Source of the DNA: Aequorivita sp.
GTDB lineage: Bacteria; Bacteroidota; Bacteroidia; Flavobacteriales; Flavobacteriaceae
Reading direction: 5' to 3'
Assembly: GCA_030690315.1 (NCBI GenBank)
Contig: JAUYGY010000054.1
Location: 4,868 to 68,867, forward strand
Length of the DNA stretch: 64,000 nucleotides
Below are positions 39,669-50,004 of this stretch, in pieces. A model generated the notes under the pieces. That model had not been told where the DNA came from. It worked only from the letters and a program-made list of their open reading frames with translations, and made no database searches. The stretch's first letter is position 1. Every line of letters starts with the position of its first letter. Position numbers and translations under genes: made by a program.

Positions 39669-40664
39669 TTGAAACAAAAAGTATTGGAAGACAATTACGA
39701 AATAAAAATATACCAAGCATCGCAAAAATCTTCGTGGGATAGCTTTGTGAAAGAAGCAAAGAACGCAACATTTTTGTTTCAGCGCGATTTTATGGATTAT
39801 CATTCTGATAGGTTTGCGGACCATTCACTGTTAATTTATAAAGATGAAAAGTTGGTTGCTGTACTTCCTGCAAATATTTTAAATTCTGAACTTTATTCAC
39901 ATCAAGGCCTTAGTTATGGCGGTTTGGTTTTGGAAAAAAAAATCACTTTTGAAGAAACATTGCAGATTTTCAAAAATCTGCTCGCTTTTCTGAAAAGTGA
40001 AAATGTAACCGTTTTAAAACTAAAATTACTTCCCAGGATTTATCATCAATTGCCAAGTGACGAAATTGATTATTTACTGTTTCTCGTAAAAGCCTCAATA
40101 ACCCGAAGAGATATTACTAGTTGTGTTTTCAATGAAAAACCTTTAAAAATTGCTTCTTCAAATCGTTTGCGCGGAATAAAAAAGGGAGAAAAAAACGAAT
40201 TGCAGGTTAGAGAAGAAATAAACTTCAAATCCTTTTGGAATGAAGTTTTGGAACCAAACTTGAAGCAAGTCCACAACCAAAAACCTGTTCATTCTTTAGA
40301 AGAAATTGAACTATTGCACTCTCATTTTCCAAAAAATATCAAGCAATTCAATGTATATAAAAATGACCAAATAATAGCTGGAGCAACAATTTTTGAAACT
40401 GTTATGGTAGCGCATACACAATATATTTCTGCCAATGAAGAAGGACGACAAATGGGTGGTTTGGATTTTCTCTTCAATCATTTGTTGCAACATTTTGCTT
40501 TTAAAAAGCATTTTGATTTCGGCATAAGTAATGAAGCCCAAGGAATGAAAGTGAATAAAGGCCTTCTGAGTTGGAAAGAAACTTTTGGAGGCAGGAGTAT
40601 TGTGCACGATTTTTATGAAGTCAAAACAGCGAATCACCAACTTTTAAATGACATTTTTCTATGA
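39669..40664 (+). CDS. GNAT/FemAB-like acyltransferase
   Basis: [43 protein letters not shown]. Confidence 0.85.
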   Translation: MKQKVLEDNYEIKIYQASQKSSWDSFVKEAKNATFLFQRDFMDYHSDRFADHSLLIYKDEKLVAVLPANILNSELYSHQGLSYGGLVLEKKITFEETLQIFKNLLAFLKSENVTVLKLKLLPRIYHQLPSDEIDYLLFLVKASITRRDITSCVFNEKPLKIASSNRLRGIKKGEKNELQVREEINFKSFWNEVLEPNLKQVHNQKPVHSLEEIELLHSHFPKNIKQFNVYKNDQIIAGATIFETVMVAHTQYISANEEGRQMGGLDFLFNHLLQHFAFKKHFDFGISNEAQGMKVNKGLLSWKETFGGRSIVHDFYEVKTANHQLLNDIFL

Positions 40665-41761
40665 TTCCGTTTCTAGATATTAAAGCAATCAACCAACGTT
40701 TTGAAAATAATTTTCAGAAAGCTTTTAAGCAATTTTTAGATTCCGGGTATTACATTTTGGGAAACCAGGTAAAGGAGTTTGAAGAGGCCTTTGCAAATTA
40801 TTGCGGCGTGAAGCATTGTATTGGCGTTGGCAATGGGCTGGATGCGTTGCGTTTAATTTTGGAAGGCTATAAAATCCTTGGTAAACTAAAAAATGGCGAT
40901 GAGGTTTTGGTGGCTTCAAACACATATATAGCTACAATAATTGCAATAAAACAAACTGGAATGGTTCCTGTTTTAGTTGAAGGAAATGTTTCGAGTTATA
41001 ATTTTGATATTCCTTCGCTTAAAAATTCATTGACACCAAAAACGAAAGCCATTATGCCCGTTCATCTCTATGGACAATTGGCGCCAATGGACGAGATTTT
41101 AAAGATTGCCAAAAAAAACAACATTTTGCTTATCGAAGATGCGGCCCAAGCTCACGGGGCAAAAAATAGCGAAGGGAAATTGGCGGGAAATATTGGTGAT
41201 GCAGCAGGTTTCAGCTTTTATCCCACAAAAAATCTGGGTGCTTTGGGCGATGGCGGAGCTGTAACAACAAACGATGACGCACTTGCAGAGGTAATTAAAA
41301 AACTTCGGAATTACGGCTCATCCTCAAAATACGTAAATGAATTTTTGGGAATTAATTCCCGTTTGGATGAAGTGCAAGCGGCTTTTTTGAATTGTAAACT
41401 GCCGGCTTTGGATGTGGACAATAATCGACGGAGGGAGATTGCAAAAAAGTATATTTCAGAAATAAAAAATAAAAAAATAAAACTACCAGAATGGGATGGA
41501 AGTGGTAATCATATTTTTCATTTGTTTGTAGTTCGGGTGAAAGACAGAGCAGATTTTATTGAATTTTTAAACAGAAATGAAATAGGAAGTTTAATACATT
41601 ACCCAATTCCGCCACACAAACAGAAGGCGCTTTCGGAATATTCACATTTAAGCTTTCCGATAACCGAAAAGATTCACGAAGAAGTAGTTAGTATTCCCAT
41701 CAGCCCCGTATTTTCTGAAGAAGATGTTGATAGGGTTATTTCTGGTTTGAATAGATATTAG
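40661..41761 (+). CDS. DegT/DnrJ/EryC1/StrS sugar aminotransferase (FdtB-like)
   Basis: [44 protein letters not shown]. Confidence 0.93.
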   Translation: MIPFLDIKAINQRFENNFQKAFKQFLDSGYYILGNQVKEFEEAFANYCGVKHCIGVGNGLDALRLILEGYKILGKLKNGDEVLVASNTYIATIIAIKQTGMVPVLVEGNVSSYNFDIPSLKNSLTPKTKAIMPVHLYGQLAPMDEILKIAKKNNILLIEDAAQAHGAKNSEGKLAGNIGDAAGFSFYPTKNLGALGDGGAVTTNDDALAEVIKKLRNYGSSSKYVNEFLGINSRLDEVQAAFLNCKLPALDVDNNRRREIAKKYISEIKNKKIKLPEWDGSGNHIFHLFVVRVKDRADFIEFLNRNEIGSLIHYPIPPHKQKALSEYSHLSFPITEKIHEEVVSIPISPVFSEEDVDRVISGLNRY

Positions 41762-41764
41762 ATA

Positions 41765-42215
41765 TTAGTGGGTAGAGGGTAGAGGGTAGTGGGTATTTTT
41801 TTGATTAAAAGGTATGGAAGCAACTAAATTTAATTTTGAAGACTTAAATGTGTATCAAAAATCTTTGGAATTTGTGGATTCTGTATACAATGTTACAAAC
41901 TCATTCCCAAAGGAGGAGAAATTTGGGCTTACTTCTCAATTTCTGAGAGCTGCAACTTCTATTTCACTTAATATTGCAGAGGGTTCCGGAAATTCTGATG
42001 CCCAATTCAACCGATATCTTCAAATGGCGCTGGATTCCGTGAGGGAATGTGTGGTTTGTCCAACAATTGCAACACGACAAAAATATGTTACAGAGGAGCA
42101 AAATGATGATTTTCGGAAAAAGTTGGTTGAACTTTCAAAAATGATAAGCAGTTTACAGAAATATCTCAAAAATAAAACCAAAGCATGATTCCACCCTCTA
42201 CCCTCTACCCACTAA
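41765..42215. mobile_element. Heptamer inverted-repeat cassette carrying a four-helix-bundle gene
   Basis: Perfect 23-bp inverted repeat TTAGTGGGTAGAGGGTAGAGGGT (41765-41787) / ACCCTCTACCCTCTACCCACTAA (42193-42215) flanking the ORF. Mobility is inferred. Confidence 0.5.
41814..42188 (+). CDS. Four helix bundle protein (23S rRNA IVP/bAvd-like family)
   Basis: FEDLNVYQKS...FPKEEKFGLTSQFLRAATSISLNIAEG. Confidence 0.92.
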   Translation: MEATKFNFEDLNVYQKSLEFVDSVYNVTNSFPKEEKFGLTSQFLRAATSISLNIAEGSGNSDAQFNRYLQMALDSVRECVVCPTIATRQKYVTEEQNDDFRKKLVELSKMISSLQKYLKNKTKA

Positions 42216-42229
42216 CAACTAACAACTAA

Positions 42230-43519
42230 TTGAAAATCCCTCAATTCATACGCGGCAATTTGCTTTTGAAGATGACTTCATTGAATGCCGGCGCAATTGG
42301 GGTTCGCTTGATAATTTCGGCCATAGTTCAGCGCTTTTTGAGTGAATATGTTGGGCCTGTTGGGCAATATAAGATAGGACAGCTTAGAAGCTTGGCCCTT
42401 CTTCTAACTTCTATTGCTTCGCTTGGAACGTTCAATGGAGTAGTAAAATACATCGCCGAATACAAAAAAGATGAAAAAGAATTACAAAATCTCTTCTCTT
42501 CTGTTTTTGTATTTCTGATAGTTGGGATTTCTATTACAACCTCCGTTCTTCTTTTATTTTCTTCAGAAATTAGTGCCTACTTATTTTCGAGCACAGAATA
42601 TTCATATTTAATAAAACTAACTGCGATTATAGTTCCATTTATAGCCGTTCAAAGAGTTTTTAATGGGGTTATAAATGGTCTTTCCGATTATAAAAAATAT
42701 GCTAAAATAGACTTGATTAGCTATTTACTGAGCGCCGCGCTAACAATAGTATTTTTGTTTCAGTATAATTTGGAAGGTGTTTTAGTTGCGATTGCTATTA
42801 CCCCAGTTGTCCAGGTTTTAGTTTTGCTTTTCTTTTTTTATAAAGTGTTGCGCGAGTATATTCAATTTAAAAACCTGAAACTAGAAGCTCCTATGGCAAA
42901 GGCTCTTTTGGCTTTTACTGTTATGTCTGTTGTTTCTTCCATTTTATTGCCTATTGTTGAAATAGATATTCGCAGTATGCTCGACGAAAAACTCTCTGGA
43001 AGGGATGCTGGAATTTGGACAAATATGACGTTTATTTCACAGAATTATATGGTGTTTTCCACCTCTATTTTTACACTTTATATAATCCCCAAATTTGCCG
43101 GAATTTACAATGCCGGAAATTTTAAAAATGAAGTAGTGGCTATCTATAAAACGCTCTTACCTCTTTTTGCCGGCGGGATGATTTTGGTGTTTTTATTTAG
43201 AAATGTGATTATAGAACTAATTTATCCGGGCCAAATTGAAATGGCTCCTCTTTTTAAATGGCAGCTTTTTGGAGATTTTATTCGCTTGGCGTCCTTGGTT
43301 TTAGCACATCAATTTCTGGCTAAAAAGCTGGTGCTAAATTTTATATTTACTGAAATATTATCGCTTGCACTTTTTTATGGCTTCGCCTATTATTTTGCGG
43401 GAATTTATGGAATTGAAGGTGTAGTAATAGCCCACTTTTTGAGATATGTAGTTTACTTTTTTGTGGTTTTGTTTCTTGTGTCCCGCTATTTTAAAAAGCA
43501 GAGAATTACAACCGAATAG
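42230..43519 (+). CDS. wzx: O-antigen translocase (Wzx)
   Basis: About 12 TMs; GQLRS, FNGVVKY, WQLFGDF. Confidence 0.85.
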   Translation: MKIPQFIRGNLLLKMTSLNAGAIGVRLIISAIVQRFLSEYVGPVGQYKIGQLRSLALLLTSIASLGTFNGVVKYIAEYKKDEKELQNLFSSVFVFLIVGISITTSVLLLFSSEISAYLFSSTEYSYLIKLTAIIVPFIAVQRVFNGVINGLSDYKKYAKIDLISYLLSAALTIVFLFQYNLEGVLVAIAITPVVQVLVLLFFFYKVLREYIQFKNLKLEAPMAKALLAFTVMSVVSSILLPIVEIDIRSMLDEKLSGRDAGIWTNMTFISQNYMVFSTSIFTLYIIPKFAGIYNAGNFKNEVVAIYKTLLPLFAGGMILVFLFRNVIIELIYPGQIEMAPLFKWQLFGDFIRLASLVLAHQFLAKKLVLNFIFTEILSLALFYGFAYYFAGIYGIEGVVIAHFLRYVVYFFVVLFLVSRYFKKQRITTE

Positions 43520-43653
43520 AATTTCAAAACCCACTTCTTTGGAATGACTGCCATTGATTTCTTTCTGAAATAAGCTCTCGTGAAATTGGGCAGCCCAAAC
43601 AAGAGTTTATGCTTATCTTTGCAAGCAAAATTTTTGAAAACTGAATAAATTTT

Positions 43654-44637
43654 ATGCCCCTAGCACTTTTTAATCCCTTTGAGGATTTGATTTTTGACCC
43701 ACATTTTTGCTTCCTTTCAGGAGCATTGACCAATGAACGTATTTCGGTTTTCCCAGAGTGGCTGATGGCCCATTTTAAATTTGGTGATGAAAAAATCGAG
43801 ATGATGGACAAAACTAAATCCTATAAATATGCCGATCTGGAATTGCCCTGCTCTCCTGAAGTTAAATTTGCTTTCCAAGAACTAGATATAAAGGTTCAAA
43901 CTGCATATAAAAATGGATTTAAAGCTATGGCATCTCTTAAGGAAGAAGAGCTTTTTCAATGGACTGGAAGAATTGTTTATGGCCTGCTTTATTACGAGAT
44001 GATTTATGAAAGAGACAGGCTACAAAAACTAGGCGAAAATTTCCATTTGTCTGCAACTCTCAGGGAACGCTTTGGCCACTTTCATTTAATGTTACAGTCC
44101 TTGATAGAACCAATTTCTTTCGTTGGAAAAAACCCGTGGAGTATCATTGTTTTTCCTCTCAAATATTCATCTGATATCTTTAGTTATCGCGATGATACCA
44201 TCAATTTAATGTTCCAAATGGGAGTCAATGGTTTTGGAATTATTGCTTGTTTGCAGGACAATGGCGTAATTGGGGAGAAGCAAAAAGATATGCTCCTTAA
44301 AATGGAAAACCACGTTTTACACCCTATCCAATTTGAAGAATTGTATGCGCGCTTTCATTATTCAGATTATATATTTCAGTATAAACCTGAATACAAAATA
44401 GAAAACCACGATACTGGAATTACAATAGAAGCTCTTCCTGTTGTGGCTGTTGGCAGCAAACCGCTTTTCAGCTTTTGGGATGAGAATATATTTGCACAAC
44501 TACTCGCTAACTATTGGCAGGTTTACGGTATTGAAAAAGAGGATATTCTTAAATTTCAAAAACCGCCACTAAGCTTTCTTGAAAATCCTTATTCTAAAGA
44601 TTTTATAAATCCAGAATCAATTAATTTTCCTTTTTAA
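43654..44637 (+). CDS. Conserved hypothetical protein
   Basis: 327-aa soluble ORF with normal composition. Confidence 0.75.
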   Translation: MPLALFNPFEDLIFDPHFCFLSGALTNERISVFPEWLMAHFKFGDEKIEMMDKTKSYKYADLELPCSPEVKFAFQELDIKVQTAYKNGFKAMASLKEEELFQWTGRIVYGLLYYEMIYERDRLQKLGENFHLSATLRERFGHFHLMLQSLIEPISFVGKNPWSIIVFPLKYSSDIFSYRDDTINLMFQMGVNGFGIIACLQDNGVIGEKQKDMLLKMENHVLHPIQFEELYARFHYSDYIFQYKPEYKIENHDTGITIEALPVVAVGSKPLFSFWDENIFAQLLANYWQVYGIEKEDILKFQKPPLSFLENPYSKDFINPESINFPF

Positions 44638-44645
44638 GAGCATCA

Positions 44646-45785
44646 TCAGCCCTTACTCCAGAATTCCAGATATTTTCTGGCGATGGAAATATAGTCGTGT
44701 TCCCTTTCAATAAAAGTACGGGCATTTTTCCCTATACCTTCAATTTTTTGAAGATTCAAAATCAAATCTTCCAATTTTTCAAATAAATAATCCACATTGG
44801 GAAGGGCATTTATGCACACTTCGTTTTCTTTCAAATTATAGCGTACCAAAAACTCGGTTTCCGCTCCGGTAAAAACCACTTTTCCTTTTGCCATCGCTTC
44901 CAAGGCATTATAACCTTGATCGTATGCAAACACTTGGTCCAAAAGAATATGTGCCAAATTGTATTTTTCAATATATTCGGAATACGGGATATTTTCAACA
45001 GTAATCACTTCAGTTTTTGAGGCATATTTTTTTTGAATTTTTTCAAGCGCCGCCTCAAAATAATCGTTCCCTTTTTTGAAATAATTCGCCCGATTGATTC
45101 CGTGGAAAATAATAATTTTTCCTTCGGAAGCAAAGGGTTTAAATTTTAGTTTCTGAGTATTTACGGGATTTGCGATTAAACCCAAATACTTTTCTTTTCC
45201 CTGCAACGGAATGTCATAATCCAAATCGGAAGCAATAATTCCATCAACGTTTTCAAAAACAAAACCGTGTAAATCTTTATAGATGGGTTTTAAATATTTC
45301 AGCGCCGGAAAAAAATCCTTTTCAGAAATTTTCCCTTTAAAAAGCGGATTGAAAATGGAGTAACGGAATTTTTTTTCAAAAGCATATTTCACGCTTGTAT
45401 AGTCCGTCCCGCAGGAAAGCAGAAAGAGTTTCTTGTTGTTTTGTTTTAAAAATGAAATGATTTCCTTTTCGTATTTCGGCAAAATCCCAAAGGAACTTTC
45501 ATTTATCAATTGAACACTATCAAAATCTTTAAATTTTTCTTGTTGCTGAAAAAACTGATTTTTTAGCGATTGGGAAGAAATATCCAATCCGAAAAGTCTG
45601 TAAAGCAGCACCTTTACTTTTTTTGAAAATCCAGATTCATATTTTCGTTTCAAAAGTATATCTGAAGGGAAGTTTTTAAAATCATCCCCCGTAGAAACAA
45701 GCGTAACTTCGTGGCCAAGCGCGAGCAATCCTTCTTTTAGGGAATTGTGCAACCGGCTGTATTCGCCCACCAAAAGTATTTTCAT
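44646..45785 (-). CDS. GT-B glycosyltransferase
   Basis: MKILLVGEYS, DQVFAYDQGYNALEAMAKGK. Confidence 0.85.
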   Translation of the reverse strand: MKILLVGEYSRLHNSLKEGLLALGHEVTLVSTGDDFKNFPSDILLKRKYESGFSKKVKVLLYRLFGLDISSQSLKNQFFQQQEKFKDFDSVQLINESSFGILPKYEKEIISFLKQNNKKLFLLSCGTDYTSVKYAFEKKFRYSIFNPLFKGKISEKDFFPALKYLKPIYKDLHGFVFENVDGIIASDLDYDIPLQGKEKYLGLIANPVNTQKLKFKPFASEGKIIIFHGINRANYFKKGNDYFEAALEKIQKKYASKTEVITVENIPYSEYIEKYNLAHILLDQVFAYDQGYNALEAMAKGKVVFTGAETEFLVRYNLKENEVCINALPNVDYLFEKLEDLILNLQKIEGIGKNARTFIEREHDYISIARKYLEFWSKG

Positions 45786-45844
45786 TTTCAATTCGTTTAA
45801 AGCTATATTTGCCTTGTGCAACCAAAAATACACAATTAAAAGCG

Positions 45845-46954
45845 ATGGCGTCTGAAAAGAAATTCAAAGTGTGCCTCGTTTCCATTTCGCTTGCAAAAGG
45901 CGGCTTGGAACGGTCATGCGCCATGCTTTCACAAATGTTGGAAGCGCATGGGCACGAGATGCATTTGGCGATTTTGAATGATGAAATTGATTACCCATAC
46001 AGCGGTAAAATATTGAATTTGGGGAAAATGAAATCCGAAAAAGACTCGATGGTTAAAAGGTTGTTGCGCTTTCGAAAATTTCGGAATTATTTAAAAAAAG
46101 AAAATTTTGATGTAATTATAGACCATCGTCCCAAAAACAGTTTTCAACGGGAATTGTTTTATTCAAAATTTATTTATCGGGAATTGAGTAAAATTTATGT
46201 GGTTCACAGTTCAAAAAAAACGGAATATTTAACAGAGAAACCATCGGCATTTTCAAAAATTTGCAAAGAAAACCTTTTGAATGTTGCCGTTTCAGAATAT
46301 ATTGAAAATGAAATATTGAGAAAGGAAGGAATATCCAATTCCTTAACAATCCACAACGCTTTTGATCCCGCTTGGGAAAAGGAAAGTGGCGAGTTACCCG
46401 AAAAACTTCAAAACAAAAAATACATACTTTCCTATGGCCGTTTGGACGATTCCATAAAAGACTTTTCATTTTTGATGGAAGCTTTTTCACAATCCAAAGT
46501 TTGGGAAAAGGAGATTAACCTCGTCATTTTGGGTGACGGAAAAGACAAAGAAATGCTTCAAAAATTGGCAGCATCAAAAGATTGTGCCCATCAAATTTTG
46601 TTTCTTCCCTTTGAAAAAAATCCGTTCAATATCATAAAAAATGCACGCTGTGTAACACTTACAAGCAAGTATGAAGGTTTTCCGATGGTACTGGTGGAAT
46701 CACTTTCTATGGGAATACCCGTGATTTCATTGGATATAATTTCTGGCCCTTCAGAAATTGTTCGCCATCAAAAAAACGGTTTGTTGATTGCCGAAAGAAG
46801 TTTACCTTTATTTGCGGAAGCATTGCAAAGTTTATGTTTTGATGAAGAGCTGTATGAAATACTAAAAATGAACGCAAAACCTTCCGTAGAAAAATTTTCA
46901 ATGCAGGCCATTTCTGAAAAATGGAACCAAACTTTACAAAATGCAATACGTTGA
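45845..46954 (+). CDS. GT4 glycosyltransferase
   Basis: GGLER, YGRL, EGFPMVLVESL (Ex7E), GPSEI. Confidence 0.88.
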   Translation: MASEKKFKVCLVSISLAKGGLERSCAMLSQMLEAHGHEMHLAILNDEIDYPYSGKILNLGKMKSEKDSMVKRLLRFRKFRNYLKKENFDVIIDHRPKNSFQRELFYSKFIYRELSKIYVVHSSKKTEYLTEKPSAFSKICKENLLNVAVSEYIENEILRKEGISNSLTIHNAFDPAWEKESGELPEKLQNKKYILSYGRLDDSIKDFSFLMEAFSQSKVWEKEINLVILGDGKDKEMLQKLAASKDCAHQILFLPFEKNPFNIIKNARCVTLTSKYEGFPMVLVESLSMGIPVISLDIISGPSEIVRHQKNGLLIAERSLPLFAEALQSLCFDEELYEILKMNAKPSVEKFSMQAISEKWNQTLQNAIR

Positions 46955-47360
46955 TTTAGAAAAAATAGCACTAAAGGAAATCCCCAAAATCAGCGATCCC
47001 GACGGTCGCGGAAACCTGTCGGTGGTTGAAAAGGATTTATTACCTTTTGTAATAAAACGTGTTTATTATTTATACGATGTTCCAAGTTCCTCAACCCGTG
47101 GCGGGCACGCCCACAAAGAATTACAGCAATTTTTGATCGCGCTGAGCGGTAGTTTTGATGTGGTTCTGGACAACGGGAAAACCCGAAGAACCATAACTTT
47201 AAACAAACCAGATAAAGGTTTATTGATTCCAAATGGGGTTTGGCGCGAATTGGAAAATTTTTCTTCCGGAGCCGTTTGTTTATCTTTGGTGAGCGAAGAA
47301 TATAACGAAGACGATTACATTCGGGAGTATGACGATTTCAGGTTATTTAAAGGTACCTAA
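46941..47360 (+). CDS. dTDP-4-keto-6-deoxyhexose 3,4-ketoisomerase (FdtA/QdtA/WxcM-like)
   Basis: RGNLS, KRVYYLYDVP, RGGHAH. Confidence 0.9.
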   Translation: MQYVDLEKIALKEIPKISDPDGRGNLSVVEKDLLPFVIKRVYYLYDVPSSSTRGGHAHKELQQFLIALSGSFDVVLDNGKTRRTITLNKPDKGLLIPNGVWRELENFSSGAVCLSLVSEEYNEDDYIREYDDFRLFKGT

Positions 47361-48272
47361 ACGCAGCCCGAGTTTTTCCAAACTGTCTTTTGTTTTTGAA
47401 AGATATTTCAAAACGGTTTTGTTTTGGCGAAGCAAAAATTGTTGCTTTTTACTGAGGTTTTCTTGGTCTATTTTTTGAAAATTCTTTTGAAAAGCTGCTT
47501 GATTCCCTTCCATTTTAGCGAGAATGCAAAGCGAATACCGGTTTAGATCCAGAAATTTTTTTAGGGCTGGGTTGTCTTTTTCATAAATTTCATATTCTTC
47601 GAAATTGGCTTTTTCCTCAAGATTTTTCACACTATTGAATAAACTATTTTTTGTCAAGATGTAAGTTGCACAAACTTTCGGGCTAAAAACTATTTTGTAT
47701 TTGAGCCCAATTCGCACATAAAGATCTGTGTCTTGTCCACTTTTTATCGTTGGGTTGTACCAGCTAACAACTTCGAAAACTTCTTTTCTTATAACTGAAG
47801 AAGAACTATGCAAAACGGAGTCCAATTGGCTCGCCTCAAAATAATTAACCACAATGGCATCTTTCCCAATTGTATTAATGGAATAGCTGTTTTTAAATCT
47901 TTTTCCGTTGCGAACTATTTCAGCAGCGGTGGCGAAAACTGATTCATTCGGAAAATTATTCAATAGCCTGTTTTGCTCATCCAAATAGGAGGGATGCCAA
48001 TAATCATCGGCATCCAGAAGCGCTATAAAATCAGCTTTAGATTCTTTAATCACAAAATTGCGTGCAGCGCCAGCGCCTTGATTTTCCTTCGAAAAATACC
48101 GAATCCGCGGATCTGTGAATTTTAAAATTTCAGCTTCGCTATTGTCGGTAGAGCCATCATTCAAAATCACCACTTCAAAATCTCTAAAGGTTTGTGCCAA
48201 CACACTTTTCAAGGTTTCAGCAATGTAATTTTCTTTGTTGAAGACTGCTATGACGACTGAAAATTTAGGCAT
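47343..48272 (-). CDS. GT2 glycosyltransferase
   Basis: VIAVFNKE, NDGSTD, ARN, LDADD. Confidence 0.9.
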   Translation of the reverse strand: MPKFSVVIAVFNKENYIAETLKSVLAQTFRDFEVVILNDGSTDNSEAEILKFTDPRIRYFSKENQGAGAARNFVIKESKADFIALLDADDYWHPSYLDEQNRLLNNFPNESVFATAAEIVRNGKRFKNSYSINTIGKDAIVVNYFEASQLDSVLHSSSSVIRKEVFEVVSWYNPTIKSGQDTDLYVRIGLKYKIVFSPKVCATYILTKNSLFNSVKNLEEKANFEEYEIYEKDNPALKKFLDLNRYSLCILAKMEGNQAAFQKNFQKIDQENLSKKQQFLLRQNKTVLKYLSKTKDSLEKLGLRLGTFK

Positions 48273-49161
48273 CTTTTGATTTTAGGGAACTAAGATAACC
48301 CAAGCGGTACAAATCAAAAAAGAATAGTGACGGTTTTGGAGAATTTAGATTTTTGAGCAAAGGGTTTTTTAAAAGTGCGAACAATTTCTTTGCAATAAAA
48401 AGCAAGTTCCATTTTTTTATTTTTAAATATGTTTTTAAAATCTTTACGGTTTCCCCATCAATTGCGCCATTATTGTAAAATTTCGATAAACTCTGCAAAG
48501 CCAGTTCCGATTTTTTTATAAAATCTCCTGTGTTTTCAAGGTTTAAGTGAATAACAGGATTATCAATATGTAAAAGCGCGATGTTGCGTTTATGAAGATC
48601 CAGCGCAAAGACAGAATCTTCATAGCCATAGCCAGCAAGGTTTTCATTGAATTTGATTTTTTCAAAAACCTCTTTTTTAATTGCAAATCCCATGGTTATA
48701 AAACTTCGGTAGGGATTTTTAAGGCGCTCTTCAAGGGAAATACTTTCGCGCTCTGTACCATATTTATAGCGAAGACTGAAGTTCTCAGCAGTGTTTTTAG
48801 GGTATTCAATACCGCCAAAAATCACTGAATTTTCCCTTGAAAAAACCTCCAAATAATGTTGGATAAAATTTGAATTTGAAGGGAAGGTGTCTGCATCCAA
48901 AAAAAGCAACCAAGCATATTTTGCTTTTTCCGCCAAAAGATTTCGGATTTTACTTCTGCCAATGTTTTTTTCCAAAATTTCAAAACTGCAGTTTTCTAAA
49001 GAATTGATTTTTGAATTTTCTTCAACGTTATTTTTGTCAGTTGAAGCATCATCCAAAACCAAAATTTCAAAAGTAACATTTGCGTTCTCACATTGTTTCT
49101 GCAAATTTTCTACCAATGAAAAAACACTGTAATTATATGTTGGGATGAGGATGGAAATCAT
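48265..49161 (-). CDS. GT2 glycosyltransferase
   Basis: LIPTYN, DDASTD, FLDAD, YGYED. Confidence 0.9.
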   Translation of the reverse strand: MISILIPTYNYSVFSLVENLQKQCENANVTFEILVLDDASTDKNNVEENSKINSLENCSFEILEKNIGRSKIRNLLAEKAKYAWLLFLDADTFPSNSNFIQHYLEVFSRENSVIFGGIEYPKNTAENFSLRYKYGTERESISLEERLKNPYRSFITMGFAIKKEVFEKIKFNENLAGYGYEDSVFALDLHKRNIALLHIDNPVIHLNLENTGDFIKKSELALQSLSKFYNNGAIDGETVKILKTYLKIKKWNLLFIAKKLFALLKNPLLKNLNSPKPSLFFFDLYRLGYLSSLKSKDA

Positions 49162-49886
49162 TTTTTGGCGATTAAAACTGTTTCTTCCATAAACCCAAAA
49201 CGTTCGTTTGCCGGAAAAGTTTTGATTTCAACATTTTGGAAGCCATTTTCCTTTAACCGATGCTGCAATCCATCAACCGAATAAATGCGCACATGGTCTT
49301 CCTGCCCAAAAGCTTTTAGCCTTTCTTCGGGAGTTTTTTTTGAAAAATCCTCGTAAATGTTTCCATCTTTAAAAGGCGTTTGAATAATGCAAACTCCATC
49401 CGGTTTCAAAACGCGGTGCAATTCTTCCATTGCCGTTTTATCGTTTTCAATATGTTCCAGAATATGATAGCAGATTATTAGATGGAAAAAATCATTTTTC
49501 AAGGGAATTTGGGTAATGTCATAACGATAATCCGCAAGAAATTCATTTTCAAAATCGGTACTGAAATATTGTATCTCAGTGTTCTTTTTCAGTAATCTAT
49601 AAACACTTCGCGAAGGTGAAAAATGCAAAACTTTTCCGCGGATTAATTTATTCTCAATAAGGAACCAATAAAGTCTTCGGGTTCGCGAACGGCTTCCGCA
49701 AAAAGGGCAGAGCAAATCGCCATCGGGAATCGGGATGAATTTTTTAAGTCCGCGACTACAAACGCTACACTCGTGGGTTTTTCCATGTAAATGAAACGCA
49801 AAAAGGGAACGAAAAAAAACCTCATTTTCAAAAAGGATCTTTTTTGGGAACACAGAAAGTGCAACTTTTTTCAATGCTTGGTACAT
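49158..49886 (-). CDS. Class I SAM methyltransferase with N-terminal CxxC...CPxC
   Basis: CSVC...CPFCGSRSRTR, LHFSP, HILEHI, RVLKPDG, FGQEDHVR. Confidence 0.85.
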   Translation of the reverse strand: MYQALKKVALSVFPKKILFENEVFFRSLFAFHLHGKTHECSVCSRGLKKFIPIPDGDLLCPFCGSRSRTRRLYWFLIENKLIRGKVLHFSPSRSVYRLLKKNTEIQYFSTDFENEFLADYRYDITQIPLKNDFFHLIICYHILEHIENDKTAMEELHRVLKPDGVCIIQTPFKDGNIYEDFSKKTPEERLKAFGQEDHVRIYSVDGLQHRLKENGFQNVEIKTFPANERFGFMEETVLIAKK

Positions 49887-50004
49887 GTTGCTAAAATACA
49901 GTAATCTTTTTGGGATGTAGAAAAAATATATTCCGAAATGGGTTAAGAAGTTTCACACTTTCTTTAATTTTATAAAAATTGTACCATATAAAAAAGAATC
50001 TATT

